From Octopus vulgaris (lineage: Eukaryota): a stretch of DNA of 64,000 nt. This document shows positions 1-13,445 of this stretch, one piece after another; within the stretch, counting starts at the first letter, position 1, and each line of letters begins with the position of its first letter. The position numbers and the translations under genes were made by a program. The stretch spans positions 99,200,001-99,264,000 of the forward strand of contig OX597819.1 in assembly GCA_951406725.2 (NCBI GenBank), given 5' to 3'. The notes below the pieces were generated by a model, which saw only the letters and a program-made list of their open reading frames with translations, made no database searches and was not told the DNA's origin.

Positions 1-523
1 CAAGGAGAACAAACACAGACACACAAACACACACACATACATATATATATATACATATACACGACAGGCATTTTTAAGGCATAATTATTTTACATAAGAT
101 TTCCGAAAGTTTGTTTAAGTTTGTTCATTTGTATTTTGAAATTAGCTATTTCATCTTTAAATATGAAAAATTAATTTATTAGGATTTTATTATATGTGCA
201 TATATATTTATTTATAGAGATTATTTTAGATCTTAATTATAATATTTATATACATTTATATATTTTCATTGATAATTTATATATATTAGTCATTTTTAAA
301 TATTTATGTAATGAGATATAGACTAATACCGATATTAGACTATTGGTGGGTTTCCTACCTTATAAATTAAAATTAATATTTAACATTATAGTCGATTTTG
401 ATATAATCATAATTGTTAAGTTTTATGTTTCTAGTTTGATAATAGAGTTCATTATAAGTAAAATTATTATATTATTTATATCTTAAAAATATTGTTTAAA
501 TATTTTATATTTTAGATATTTCA

Positions 524-598
524 ATTAACCTGAAGATTGACTGTAACCATAACTCGAATTATTACGAATTGTACAGCCATGAAACGATCGTAGTGTTT
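524..598 (+). ncRNA. Type I hammerhead-ribozyme-like motif in an AT-rich repeat
   Basis: CTGAAGA (530-536), stem II TGACTGTA/TACAGCCA, GAAAC-GATC-GTA (581-592). Stem I pairing is weak. Confidence 0.5.
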
Positions 599-851
599 TA
601 CTCTTTATCTTTTATTAAACTTTTAATACTTTTGATATATATTTAAAATAATATAAATTAATAATTTTATGTATTGGCTTATGTTTTTCATTGTTTGATT
701 TGCTTAATAGTGGTTTTATCTCTAATTTGATATAATATAATATAATATATTTATACTATAAAATTGGATTTAATCCTAAATCTGATTTTTCCCTGTTAGT
801 TTGCATTTATTCCCTAATATTTTATTATTAATATATATATATATATATTTT

Positions 852-1240
852 TTTTTACTTGTTTCAGTCATTTGACTGCGGCCATGCTAGAGCACCGCCT
901 TTAATCGAGCAACTCGACCCCAGGACTTATTCTTTTGTAAGCCCAGTACTTATTCTATCGGTCTCTTTTGCTGAACCGCTAAGTAACGAGGACATAAACA
1001 CACCAGCATCGGTTGTCAAGCAATGCTAGGGAGACACACAAATACACACATGCATATATATATATATATATATACATATATACGACGGGCTTCTTTCAGT
1101 TTCTGTCTACCAAATCCACTCACAAGGCTTTGGTCAGCCCGAGGCTATAGTAGAAGACACTTGCCCAAGGTGCCACGCAGTGGGACTGAACCCAGAACCA
1201 TGTGGTTGGTAAACAAGCTAATTACCACACAGCCACTCCT
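852..1240 (-). mobile_element. tRNA-derived SINE, family A, full length
   Basis: Reverse complement of GGAGTGGCTGTGTGGTAA...GGTTCAGTCCCACTGCGTGGCACCTTGGGCAAG...CAGTCAAATGACTGAAACAAGTAAA. Has A/B-box-like head and internal TA/TG microsatellite; more than 10 copies in the window. Confidence 0.9.
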
Positions 1241-1495
1241 GTATGTGTGTGTATATATATATATGTATGTGTGTGTACATGTTTGTGTGTCTGTGTTTGT
1301 CCCCCCCAATATCACTTGATGACCAATGCTGGTGTGTTTATGTCCCCGTAACTTAGAGGTTCAGCAAAAGAGACCAATAGAATAAGTACTAGGCTTATAA
1401 AGAATAAGTCCTGGGGTCGATTTCCTTGACTAAAGACAGTGCTCCAGCATGGCCACAGACTGAAACAAGTAAAAGAGTAAAGAGTAAAAGAGTAA
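1241..1495 (+). mobile_element. SINE family A, 3' half
   Basis: Matches the 3' half of family A and ends in a (GTAAAAGA)n-like tail. Confidence 0.85.
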
Positions 1496-1879
1496 GGGAA
1501 CCATTTGGCTTTTTGGCTAAACCCTAAGTACTACACCTGTACTAATCAGCTTAATGTCTGGCACATTCCTAAAACTAAAAATGTGGGAACTCACACAACC
1601 TTTGCTAGGCTTGAATGTCCAATAAGGGAATCTCTGAGTGATTGCTAGACTTCCAAGAATAACCAAATATCTCTCAAACAACCATCACCCCATCAAAAGA
1701 AGGTCACATTGCATAATGAAGTGGTAGCTATGCTATTTACCATGTCATTATTCACCATTATGTATAAAAGTTGTAATAGTTATTGTTAGAATGTCTTTGA
1801 TCATAAATCTAAATAAACATAATTGATCTGAGATAAAATTACTTTCAATGTAACACTATATTTGTATATACAAGCGTAA

Positions 1880-2312
1880 TGGTTGTATGCCAGTAAGGAG
1901 TCGTTACCAGCAGCACCTTACTGGCACTCATGCCTGTGCTAGTAGGGTGCCATGAGCACCATCCGAACGTTCTCGTTGCCAGAGCAGCCAACTAGCTTCC
2001 GTACCCTTGGCACGTAAAAGGGCACCATTCAAGTGTGATCGTTACCAACGTTGCTTCACTGGCATGTGTAAAAAGATTCGAGCGAGGTCATTGCCAGTAC
2101 TACTTGACTGGCCCCTGTGCCGGTGGCACGTAAAAAACACCCACTACACTCTCGGGGTGGTTGGCATTAGGAAGGGCATCCAGCTGTAGAAACTCTGCCA
2201 GATCAAGATTGGAGCCTGGTGCAGCCATCAGGCTCACCAGCCCTCAGTCAAAATCGTCCAACCCATGCTAGCATGGAAAGCGGACGTTAAACGATGATGA
2301 TGAAGATGATGA
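1880..2312 (+). mobile_element. SINE/LINE-tail repeat ending in (GAT)n; second copy at 11595-11810 on minus
   Basis: GGCACGTAAAA..CACC units, GGTTGGCATTAGGAAGGGCATCCAGC and CCCATGCTAGCATGGAAAGCGGACGTTAAACGATGATG recur inverted at 11.6-11.8 kb. Confidence 0.75.
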
Positions 2313-2942
2313 ATGGTTAACTAGATATGGTTACATTTAACTTAAATATTGGCATAATTGTCTGTCTACACAAAAGGCGGCACAATTTAGTGTACTACAC
2401 ACTTCAGATTGTCTTTGTTACTGGTTATATGAACAGTTGGCAGTATGGGAATGTTGTCTGAAACAGACTGATCTCCTGTCTATGAGGAAAGGGATCTAGA
2501 TAGAACAGGACATAAAAGAATGTGATCTAGATAGAAGAGGGTGTAAAGAAGTGTCTGAGCAACAGATATATCACTACATTAATAACAATTCACAAACCGC
2601 TGAGTTATTGTCAGGGTACCCATTGTCCTATTAACTCACCCATACATCTCCCTTGCATTTCTTTGTTCATTTGTTTCATGATCATGTTAGCATGGGTTGG
2701 GTAAATGCATATTATCAAGGCAATGTTTTACAGCTGAGTGCTCTTCTTGTCACTAGCATTTACCTGTATTGCAAGTAAGAGATTTTATATTCCACTTGTC
2801 TCTGGAAACAATCCACACACATACATATATATATGCATACATGTATGTGTGTGTGTGTGTTTTGGTTTATGTATTCATATATATTCATAATAAGCAGAGA
2901 AAATGTAATTGGTAAATTTAAGCTTTATACAATATACATGCA

Positions 2943-3502
2943 TAGGCACAGGAGTGGCTGTGTGGTAAGAAGCTTGCTTCAAAATCACATGGTTCCAGGT
3001 TCAGTCCCACTGCATGGTATCTTGGGCAAGTGTCTTCTGCTATAGCTTCGGGCCAATCAAAGCTGTCTGAGTGGATTTGGTAGACAGAAACTGAAAGGAA
3101 CCCGTCATATATAGGCGCAGGAGTGGCTGTGTGGTAAGTAGCTTGTTTACTAATCACATGCTTCCGGGTTCAGTCCCACTGCATGGCATCTTCTACTATA
3201 GCCTCGGGCCCACCAAAGCCTTGTGAGTGGATTTGGTAGATGGAAACTGAAAGAAGCCTGTCGTATATATGTATATATATGTGTGTGTGTATGTTTGTGT
3301 GTCTGTGTTTGTCCACCTAGCATTGCTTGACAACCGATGCTGGTGTGTTTATGTCCCCGTTACTTAGCGGTTCGGCAAAAGAGACCGATAGAATAAGTAC
3401 TGGGCTTACAAAAGAATAAGTCCCGGTGTCGAGTTGCTCGATTAAAGGTGGTGCTCCAGCATGGCCGGAGTCAAATGACTGAAACAAGTAAAAGAGAAAA
3501 AG
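2943..3502 (+). mobile_element. SINE family A: 5' half followed by a full copy
   Basis: Two heads GGC(A/G)CAGGAGTGGCTGTGTGGTAAG at ~2943 and ~3114. Confidence 0.9.
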
Positions 3503-3532
3503 AGAAATATATATATATATATATACATAATC

Positions 3533-3838
3533 AAAACAAAAATGGAACAGGAATGTAACAAGCAACAACAAAACATTCGGACAGGAACAAACAAGGACAG
3601 GTCATTCGGAGCTTTCAGTCATCAGTTGCGAAGCAGATTGTCTGTGCAGTTTCGGTTGGTTACACTCGAGACTGCTCTATTCTGGTTGGCCCCAAGAAAA
3701 CCTAAGCTAAAAGCACTAGATTCTTTGGAAGAAAACAAGTGAATGTATACAAAAGCAAGGATGGAAAAAAAAACCGGAGAAATGTTACACAATTACAAAT
3801 ACAAACAACAGGACATTAACAACAGGTGTCTTTCGACT
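3533..3838 (+). repeat. Interspersed ~300-380 bp repeat embedded in TA microsatellites; other copies at 13664-14040, 27381-27727, 58624-59000
   Basis: All four copies share GTCATTCGGAG...TTACACTCGAGACTGCTC...AGCACTAGATTCTTTGGAAGAAA...ACAGGTGTCTTTCGACTA, in both orientations. Confidence 0.8.
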
Positions 3839-4399
3839 ATATACATATATATATGTATATATGTATGTATTTGTGGATCTGAGTTTGTCCCCACCCCCAT
3901 CATAACTGATGTTGGTGTGTTTATGTCCCCATAACTTAGTGGTTTGGCTAAAGACATAGATAGAATAAGTACCAGGCTTGCAAAGAATAAGTCCTGGTAT
4001 TGATTTGTTCAACTAAAGGTGATGATCCAGCATGGTTGCAGTCAAATGAATGAAACAAGTAAAAGAATAAAAGTTAAAAAAAGAATGCACTTCTATAAGT
4101 CAGTTGTCATTATTATATAATTGGCTCTAGGGTTTTCAGAAAATCAACCAACTACCTCGCACATTACAAATACGATCTGGAAGTGGAACAGTAAAAATAT
4201 GTAAGAATTTTGTCAAGTTTAAAATGTGACATTATTTTTGTTATTTATATCCCAAAGACGGAGCTTGTATCTTTGTTAAAAATTAGCTCTTTCCTCAGAG
4301 GAATAATTTAGACAATCAAAAACAAGAGAACATGCAAACATACATACGTATGTACATGTATAAATACATACACACACACACATATATATATATATATAC

Positions 4400-4655
4400 A
4401 TAAATAAATGCACCCTTTTAAAGCCTAGCCAGGCTCACGGGCCCGGTTTCCCGGTTTCTATGGCGTATGTGTTCCCCAGCTGGATGGCACGCCAGTCCAT
4501 CACAGTGTTACTCATTTTTGCCAGCTGAGTGGACTGGAGCAAGGTGAAATGAAGTGTTTTGCTCAAGAACACAACATGTCGCCCAGTCCAGGAATCAAAA
4601 CCACAATCTTACGATCATGATGTTGACACCCTAACCACTAATTCATGTGCCCCCA
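4400..4655 (-). mobile_element. tRNA-derived SINE with a V-domain-like core
   Basis: Minus strand: head GGGGGCACATGAATTAGTGGTTAGGGTG...GATTCC, core TGTGATGGACTGGCGTGCCATCCAG, (TTTA)n tail. Confidence 0.7.
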
Positions 4656-5955
4656 CATATATATACATACATACATATAAAGAGATATGATATAAAGTCT
4701 CCCACCTAGGCACAAACTTGGGGGACAGCGATAAAATGAACTAAGATCACATAGACGTATCTATAGATTGCAAGCTTTTCAACGATTCCTTCTTCGTCAT
4801 AATACAAGAAACATTCCAGAATTGTTAAGCAAAGTTGACGATTTTTATTTCTTTTAGTTGTTTCACTATTTTTCGAATTAAGGTTATGCAAGAAAACAAG
4901 GACTATACATTTATCGAGGTTAATACTGATAATATCAGGAGTATGTATGTAATAGCATTGTCTCTAAGGAAGTGAAATTTTATCTATAGCTTTTTGAGGA
5001 ACCTCTCAGGGTTATTGGATACAGCTGGAGCAATTAACATTTGCTTAAGAAAGCCTGAACCTTATAGGATTACAAGGAAATGGACTATTTTTTGGTGTTA
5101 TTGTTTAGTATCAGAGTCACCCTTTTCCAGCAGATCTGTGATCAAATTCCAATCAGATGGTCATATCATGGTACAAGCTAAGAGAACTTATTCTCTCTAT
5201 CAACTCTTGTGCACCAGAGTTCAGTCTTGACCATAAGACTTCTCTTCACTCTTCTTTATTCTACATCAAGAACCTATTTGCCATCACCTTCAACAACATC
5301 CACTCCAAAGCAGCTGACACCACTCTTCATTATTCCCCAACAGTCAGAAGCAAGTGTAGTCCACAAGCAATTGCGACACTGCACAACAAACCTGCACTGA
5401 CCCCATGCAAATATCTTCCAATGGAGCCATGACAGTCTTCTTTTCTTCAACAGTATAGATACACAAGAGCATCGGTGAGACAACACTGAACAGAATCTCA
5501 TCTAAAAAGTTTTTCCCTAATCAATAATTCTTACACTCATTCCATTACTTTTGTAAATTGGCCCATCACTTTGATATCTCTGTACTAGCTTCTTTCTAAA
5601 GCATCTTTGATTTTGTAGTTGTTGTTTATAATACACCACCTGTTATTAATTGGTTTTCTACACAAGAGATTAACTTGAGTCTTATTTTTTCTGACTTCAT
5701 AACCATAATAACTGTTACCACATAGCTATGTGGGTATTCTTCAAATAGATCCTCTTCAACCACACATTTTCCACATTCAAAAACTTCTTACAGTAATATC
5801 TCCAGGCCTATTTCTTTATTAAGTTATGGAAAGTGCTACTGTCATTCCAAACTCCATTTTACTAAACAAAACATCTTAGTTCACTCTGACACTGCTTTAC
5901 AATCCAGAATATCACATGCCTCTGATCCTCTTAGTGCCAAATACTGGCAAATCTA

Positions 5956-7213
5956 TCAGGCCATTAAGAATGAAATGTCTGATGTTGAACTGAAAGTTAT
6001 ACTTTATCTCAACAAAAAGCAATGCAGTTAATCAAAGTACACAACTAAATCATCAACACAATTTTGCCATTTTATTGGTAGCTTATTTATGCTGTCAGTG
6101 AAAAATCCTGGAGAACAAGAGGTGATGAAATCACGAAAGGCTGTTTTTGCATCTGCTTCAGATTTGAAGTTTTTACCTTGCAAAAGGTTGTCTAATGTCT
6201 GGAAAACATGATAGTCAGTTGGTGCAATGTCTGGTGAATATGGTAAACGACAGAGTACTTCCAAGTTCAGTTCCTGTAACTTGAATAGTGTTCTTTGTGC
6301 AACATGTTAACGAACATTGTCTTGCAAGAGAATTAGCCTGTCTCTATTTCAGTCATCATTTCATCCAATTGGTTGATGTACACATCCACTGTAATTGACT
6401 TACCAGGTTTCATGAATCTGTAGTGGATGGCATCAGTGCTGGACCACCAAATAGACACCGTTAGCTGTTTTGGTGAATATTCTTTTTCGGATTGTGTTTT
6501 TGGCACTTTGTCTCTATCCAACCGCTGTACAGAATGCTTGCTATTGTTAATTAGAATCCATTCTTCATCACATGTAACAATATTATGCAAAAATGGTTCA
6601 CTTTTATGCCATGACAGCAAAGAACAGCAAGTTTTAAGATGACATATCATTTAATGCTTGTTCAGTTCTTGTGGTACCCACTTGTCCAGCTTCTTTATCT
6701 TGCCAGTTTGTTTCAGATGGTCCAATACAGTTGGAATTGAAACATCAAACCTTTCTGCTAACTCATGCATAGTTTGAGATGTATCTGCTTCCACAACAGT
6801 TTCCAGCTCATTATTATCCACCTTGGTCTCAGGTCTACCATGGGGTTGATTTTCAAAAGTAAAGTCACTAGACTGGAACTTCTCAAGCCCTTGACATACA
6901 GTGTACTCATTTGCCATATCTGCACCAAACACTTCATTGAGGTTTCGAGCTGTCTTGGATGCATTGATTCCACGATGGAACTCATATTCATAAACAACAT
7001 GAATTTTTCATGTAATCTATTCATGGGTTTGCAAAAATTGATTTCCCAGAGAAAACTCACAATATAATTAAATACCAAGAACTGCATTTCGAAAAGTGAT
7101 GATGTAAATCTTCAATGCTACAAAACAAAGAATTGTTAGGATAAAACATAAGAGTTAATGACTGTCAAACTTCGTATATAAGAAAATTGAACATTCCACC
7201 TCTAATGACCTGA
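5956..7213 (-). mobile_element. Full-length decayed mariner transposon (cecropia/Hsmar1-like transposase pseudogene)
   Basis: Imperfect TIRs TCAGG(C/T)CATTA.. flanked by TA at 5954-55 and 7214-15. Peptide motifs GRP, KWVPQEL, IVTCDEEW and YSPDIAPTDYHVF, broken by stops and frameshifts. Confidence 0.92.
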
Positions 7214-7957
7214 TACTTTCAGCTTCTTTTCATGTTCTAAACACGTTTAGCCTCTCTTCAAGCAACATAATACTGTTCTTTGCTGCTTCTTTCCAGGTCT
7301 ATCTTTTAGCTTTTATGGTTCTCCATGGTGGTATTCTACCATATATTACTGTTCATCTAGCCGATGTTTGGCTCTATTAACAGATTTGGTCTGTAATTTT
7401 GGTTTGAAGAAGTTGTCAGCTGTTCTCTAAGTTGTAAGTCTCAATTCCATTCCCCTTTTCATCATTCATGTTATTTAGAATTACCCTGAACAAACATTTA
7501 GCAGATTCTATACCTTCCTTCTCCAGAATGATTTTTGTCTTAGTTTGATAACTCTTATTCTGACATTACTAAACAGTAGCATATGTTGGGTGGTACATTC
7601 ACAAAAATCAATAAAATTAAAATATCAAAACATTCTGTCTTGTAGAGCAAAAAATTCTCTTTCAAATAACAAAACATTTTGCCAATGCATTTTATTTCTG
7701 TGTGCATTAAAAAAAATGCTTATAAATTATTCCTTAACGCAACAACACAAGTGTGTATGAATTACAGAGCACAACTGAGGTAAGAGAAAAACTGAATTTA
7801 ATGGGAATTAGGTGCAGTTTATTGGTATGAGCATTTGATGCATATGAGGGAGCACAGTTGTATAAAGACATGTTATGAGACTGAGTAAGACAAACTAGTG
7901 AAGACTGATCCAAAGTTGTTAAACTTCAAGAAAGAAATGACAAAGGACTGTACTGAC

Positions 7958-8009
7958 CTGAAGATATAGGAGAAGACTTGTTTGCCTTGCCAGGCATAGC
8001 AATACTGAC
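7958..8009 (-). CDS. Candidate 52-bp internal exon of an unknown host gene
   Basis: Minus strand ATTTTAAG|GTCAGTATTG...TCTTCAG|GTCAGT. Phase-1 frame reads (G)QYCYAWQGKQVFSYIF. No homology recognised. Confidence 0.25.
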
Positions 8010-8885
8010 CTTAAAATTATGTTATGTATATTGTACATATAGCATAATTTTAAAGTCAGTAGATTGCATACGTACAGGCAGGCATGTACGACTAGGCATA
8101 TATATGCATATCTGCTTACTATCTCATCTAGATCATTGACTTCTTTGATAACCTCATACCTTTCTAACACCCATATTACTCGCTTCTCTATTTCTTGCCC
8201 CTCCCATCACACGTCTCTGCCATTCATCTTTCTGTTGCCCATACAACTGTCACACACTTCCCTTTCACACACGCCTTAATCTCTCTTGCTTACTGCATCC
8301 ATGCTCCTATTACTCATCTTTTGCTAACTCCCTCCACATATATACCACCAGCACAATATTATGCTCTTGGCATGACTAACAATGGCAATAGTTTCCTCTT
8401 TTCAGATTACCACACATTGCACAATCTTCCTCTTGCTTTGTTGCTGGTCTTGTCATATATAGCACTCTGTTACCTTTGCCTTTTGTGCATACCCATCACT
8501 CATCTCGTGATTCACGATGTACCATGCTTTGGTGTGACTGAGGATGGTGCCTTATATTTCTATATTTCAGGGCTATTATCTCTTCTTCAGGGACATGTGC
8601 TCCCATTCTTTTACTGGTTTCAGTCATTTGACTGTGGCCATGCTGGAGCACTGCCTTAAAGGGTTTTAGTCAAAGAAATCAACCCCAGGACTTACACTTT
8701 GTAAGTCTAGTGCTTGTTTTATTGGTTTCTTTTGCTGAACCACTAAGTTATGGGGACATAAACACACCAGCATCATTTGTTAAGTGATGGCAGGCAGACA
8801 CACACACACATATATAAATGAAAGAAAAAGAAAACGGAGATTGGGAAGTTAATAATTGCTTAATATTCACAACAAATCAATCATC

Positions 8886-8968
8886 ATCTCTTACAGCTGT
8901 TTCAATTAATACTCAGTGAATTAATCAAATTCTAAATTCATATGCCCTGAGCTTAATATCTCAGAGGG
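8886..8968 (-). ncRNA. Hammerhead-like motif (1-nt core deletion)
   Basis: Minus strand CCCT-CTGAGA, stem II TTAAGCTCAG/CTGAGTATTAA, GAAAC-AGCT-GTA-AGAGA. Confidence 0.5.
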
Positions 8969-9237
8969 AAAAAAAATATACCTTTGGATGTTTTATATAT
9001 GTGTTTATGGATTTACCATAGCAGACTGAATGATCTTGTTTATTTTTTTTGTATTTCTATGTGTTCGGGCAAGGGGTTTGCAGATTGGTTGGAGATAAGA
9101 TAGGTAATGAACCAGTATTTCCTTGGATGACACCATTCCTTCATGAGGCTAACATAACCTCTAATTGAATATATATATATATTTGTTTTCATCTAGTTTC
9201 AACTCAAGAGCTGTGGCCATGTATATATATACATACA

Positions 9238-10169
9238 CCGTAACTCTTCGAGTATAATACGCAGGGGATTTTTAGGGGGCTGTACCTCTGAAAAAACCTA
9301 AACCTTGCGTATAATACGCACCCCTTCTCTAACTTAAGTCAAGGAGGGCTATATTGTAAAATTGTATACGGTAACGTCCTTTATTATTGCCTTCTTTATC
9401 TTTGGTATCTGTTTAATTTCATCTTTATTTCTTCTCCATAACCTGACATTGCTTTCGTCAACATCAAATTTACTTCCGGCGGCCCTATTACCATGCTCTT
9501 CAGCATATGATATAACTTCATGTTTAAACATAGCTGAATAAGATCTATGTGGCATTTTATGGGCATGTAATGTATAAAATGTTTTATTGGAGATTAATGT
9601 ACAGGTTTAAGTCCCGCTTATAAAAAACCCTAGTAAAGACCCACAGTAGTTCAAACATTTAATACTGGTATTTAATTAAGTTCTATTGTTTCCCACGGTA
9701 ATGATGCAGACTGCCAATACAAACAGTAGAATAAACTATTTAGCACTAAACTATTAAGCACAATTCGTGCATAATTAAGCCAGCAGCACCAAGTCGAACA
9801 AACGCTTCCGCGCATGCGTAATACAATAATGGTGATGTTCTCAATTGTTAAATGGGAATGTAAATATGTTTGCAAATTGTTTTTGTTACATGTTATTCTG
9901 TGTTCTGAATACTTTTATTTCAATAAATGCTGCTTACTGCAAGTTCTGGATGATTCTTTTCTGACTTCGTTGCTTTCAGGCTTAGCTTAAGGTATTTTTG
10001 TGCCCGACATCACAAAATACATTTGAATAAACATTGCCGGACAGCAAATAGAGACTCGGACATTGCTTAGAAAGTATCTTTCATTTTTAACCTCATATAT
10101 AGTATGCACTAGGGATTTTGACCATTAAATTTTGGGAAGAAAATGTGGATTATACTCAAGGATTTACGG
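9238..10169 (-). mobile_element. Internally deleted pogo/Tigger-type DNA transposon
   Basis: TIRs CCGTAA..CT..GAGTATAAT at both ends, TA on the right. ORF 9349-9555 (MPHRSYSAMFKHEVISYAEEHGNRAAGSKFDVDESNVRLWR) is a Brinker-type HTH typical of pogo transposase N-termini. Confidence 0.85.
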
Positions 10170-10183
10170 TATATATATATTAT

Positions 10184-10239
<56 letters not shown>

Positions 10240-10241
<2 letters not shown>

Positions 10242-10532
10242 AGGCGCAATGGCCCAGTGGTTAGGGCAGCGGACTCGCGGTCGTAGGATCGCGGTTTCGA
10301 TTCCCAGACCGGGCGTTGTGAGTGTTTATTGACCAATAACACCTAAAAAGCTCCACGAGGCTCCGGCAGAGGGTGGTGATCCCTGCTGTACTCTTTCACC
10401 ACACTTTCTCCTACTCTTTCTTCTGTTGGCCTGCGGGGTGGCGTCATTCAAAGGCTAAAACAATGCGAACGCATTGTGACTAGCGATGTGTAACAACATC
10501 TGATGGTCTGGTTGGTCACGTGATCACGTGAT
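10240..10532 (+). mobile_element. tRNA-derived SINE in a (TA)n tract
   Basis: A box TGGCCCAGTGGTTAGG and B box GGTTTCGATTCCC, followed by ~220 bp of non-tRNA body. Confidence 0.85.
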
Positions 10533-10830
10533 ATATATATATATACACACACAAAATTTATAATAATTTATGACAAAATGTCAAGGTATGATAAGTACCT
10601 GTTAAAATCTTCCAAAACCACTCATCACTCACTAAATGTAAACACGTACGGAGAATACAAATAAGATAATAGACATTTGGCCACTTTATCATTATTTTTA
10701 TAGATAATAACTTGCTTGAGTTTTTAAAATTTATACTTGCTCACTAACGTTTGGTTGAAAGTTGCAGGGGCCTTCAGTTGAACATCCTGCACGGAGAGGT
10801 AAATATGTTTTTTGAAATAGCTTATATAGT

Positions 10831-10890
10831 AAGTCAGGCTGATGAGCCTTAAGTGTTGGTTTAACACAGAAGGTGAAATCAATGACTATG
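10831..10890 (+). ncRNA. Degenerate hammerhead-like motif
   Basis: AGTCAGG-CTGATGA-GCCTT...AAGGT-GAAA...TGACT; stem III is damaged. Confidence 0.4.
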
Positions 10891-12263
10891 ATTTTATTTG
10901 TATTTACAAATAGGAAGACTGTTTTGGAGAAATATGTTTGCTATATTCTCTGTGTGTGTTTATATTTAGTGAGAGATAAGTGGTTTTGGAAGATTTTAAC
11001 TCCTCTTTCAAACCAACAGGAACTTATCGTACTTTGACTTTTTATAAATTTTCCTTATTTGAATAATATTTGCTGGCCACTTTATCATTATTTTTATAGA
11101 TAATGATAACTTGTTTTAATTTTTTAAATATATATATATATATACATATCTATATATAACAGGCTTCCTTCAGTTTCTGCCCATCAAATCCACTCACAAG
11201 GCTTTGGTTGGCCTGAGGCTATAGTAGAAGACACTTGCCCAAGGTGCCACACAATAGGACTGAACCTGGAACCATGTGCTTGGGAAGCAAACTTCTTACC
11301 ACACAGTCACATCACATATACACCATAAAAAGTCAAGAGGCATGAGAAGTGAATATATTTATTCAACCACTTGATATCTGTAGGATTACAACTGTTTTGT
11401 ATTGGTGTAACCACGATGTTCTGGTGATCTGAAGAGCGAGCCTTCTATATCTGCATTGACTTGTTAATGTACAATTGTACTGCACAATATGTAGCATGCA
11501 TATTGGTGCAGACATAGGATAATTTATTATACACTGAAATTATTACATTATGAAAGCTGTGAAATAGTTGAAATGCTATGAATATCAAGTGGTTCATCAT
11601 CATCATTTAACGTCCGCTTTACATGCTAGCATGGGTTGGATGATTTGACTGAGGGCTGGCGAACTAGATGGCTGCACAAGGCTCCAATCTTGATTTGGAA
11701 GAGTTTCTACAGCTAGATGCCCTTACCTAATGCCAACCACTCCGAGAGTGTAGTGGGTGCTTTTTATGTGCCACTGGCATGGGGGCCAGTCAGGCGGTAC
11801 TGGCAATGACCACTTCTCATACTTACTGATGTTTTATAGTATATATACTCTTCCTGAAACAATTTCATCAACAGGATCTTTTGGATTTTAGCTGTGTAGA
11901 ACTCTGCCATATATTTCATATATTTCTCCATATTAGATTACTATGTGATATGATAGCCTGGTCCACTAAAAGAGCTTTTTATGATTGCCACAAGATTCTA
12001 TGGATCCATCTGTTGCACTACAAATTTATATATGTGTGTGTATATATATATAAACACAGAGACGCAGCATGGAATTTTGGTACCGAACAGGTTGCAGTCT
12101 CAAAGCGACAAAAATATTTTGACAAATTAAATTTAAATGTTGAAGTGAATTTAATGGTTTTTGTTTGTTTTTAAATGGCTTATAAACACCTTCCATGCTA
12201 CAACTGTTTTTGTTTCAGCACACAATCTCAGATCAGGTCACATGCTATGCAAGTACATATCTG

Positions 12264-12304
<41 letters not shown>

Positions 12305-13445
12305 ATCATCATCAGCGCTTAATGTCTGCCTTCCATGGTGGCTTTGGTGTATGATACTTGAACAGGCATATTTATGAAATACACTATTTATCTTAAGGAA
12401 ATCTTTCAGGATCTGTTTATGCATTATATGTATTAAAAAAAAAAAAGGTTGCTGGACAGCAAGAAAGTAAGAAAATTATGGAAAAAACGTGAAGAAGGTT
12501 GGTGCTAAAACTGGAACAAGAACAAAAAAAAAGAGAAACGAAATTGAGGTCTAAGATCCTCATCCTCCCTAGGTTGATTACACTGATCCCAGTGCTCAAC
12601 TGGTACTTAATTTATCAACACTGAAAGGATGAGAGACAATGTCAACCTTGGCAGAATTTGAACTCAGACCATAAAAATGGACAAAATGCTGCTAAGCATT
12701 ATGTCTGGTGTGCTTTTGATTCTGACAGCTTGTTGCCTTTATATATATATAAAGGCAATTGTCTTCTACTATAGCCTCAGGCCAACCAAATTGACTGGGA
12801 TTTCAAATTTTACTAAAAGGTTGTGTTCTAAGTCAACTCTACTTTCAGTTTAGTTAACACGTCATAAATTTTCCCTGACATTCTTAAACCGGCTTAAAAT
12901 AATAAACATGTTCCTGCCACACACACACATACATGCATGCATGCTTGTACATGCATGCATGTATATGCACATGTCATAGCTGATATAAATTGTAGGTTGT
13001 TTGGTTGATTCCTCCAGTCATAGTATATACTGTATAGAGAAAAGAGCAGAGATAGTAAAAGAAAGTTACTGAAAGAGTTAATATAAGGGGTGCAGGATGA
13101 GTGCATATACCAGGCTTGGTGGCACACAATGTGTAAAAAAACTCTACTTCTACACACACAGTGAAAGAGAAAGAATCATAAAGACAGAGGAGGAGGAGAA
13201 AGCAGGGAGGGAGTAAATTACAATATCTATGGGAGGAGTTATGCAAATGAAAATTTGGTTTATTTAATTGTAAACAATAATAAATATTTTTCTATTGAAA
13301 ATATGCATTCATTTCGTCAATCTGTATAAGCAATAAGATATCTAATAAAAGTTTAATTTAGAATTATTATATGTATGTATGAATGAATATTTTCTGATAT
13401 TACCCAAAATGGAAAAGTATACTTCCTGTGTATGATGGGTAACAC

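Noticed and set aside
70-830. Mitochondrial insertion (very AT-rich block)
   Set aside because: No mitochondrial gene or tRNA recognised; better explained as an AT-rich repeat with a hammerhead-like motif.
10240-10315. tRNA genes (also ~3114, ~18580-18650)
   Set aside because: No proper acceptor stem, and each continues into a repeat body; these are SINE heads.
11827-11932. Minus-strand exon ending at a perfect GTAAGT donor (MEKYMKYMAEFY...)
   Set aside because: Upstream AG acceptors give stops in all frames and I recognise no homology; too weak to call.
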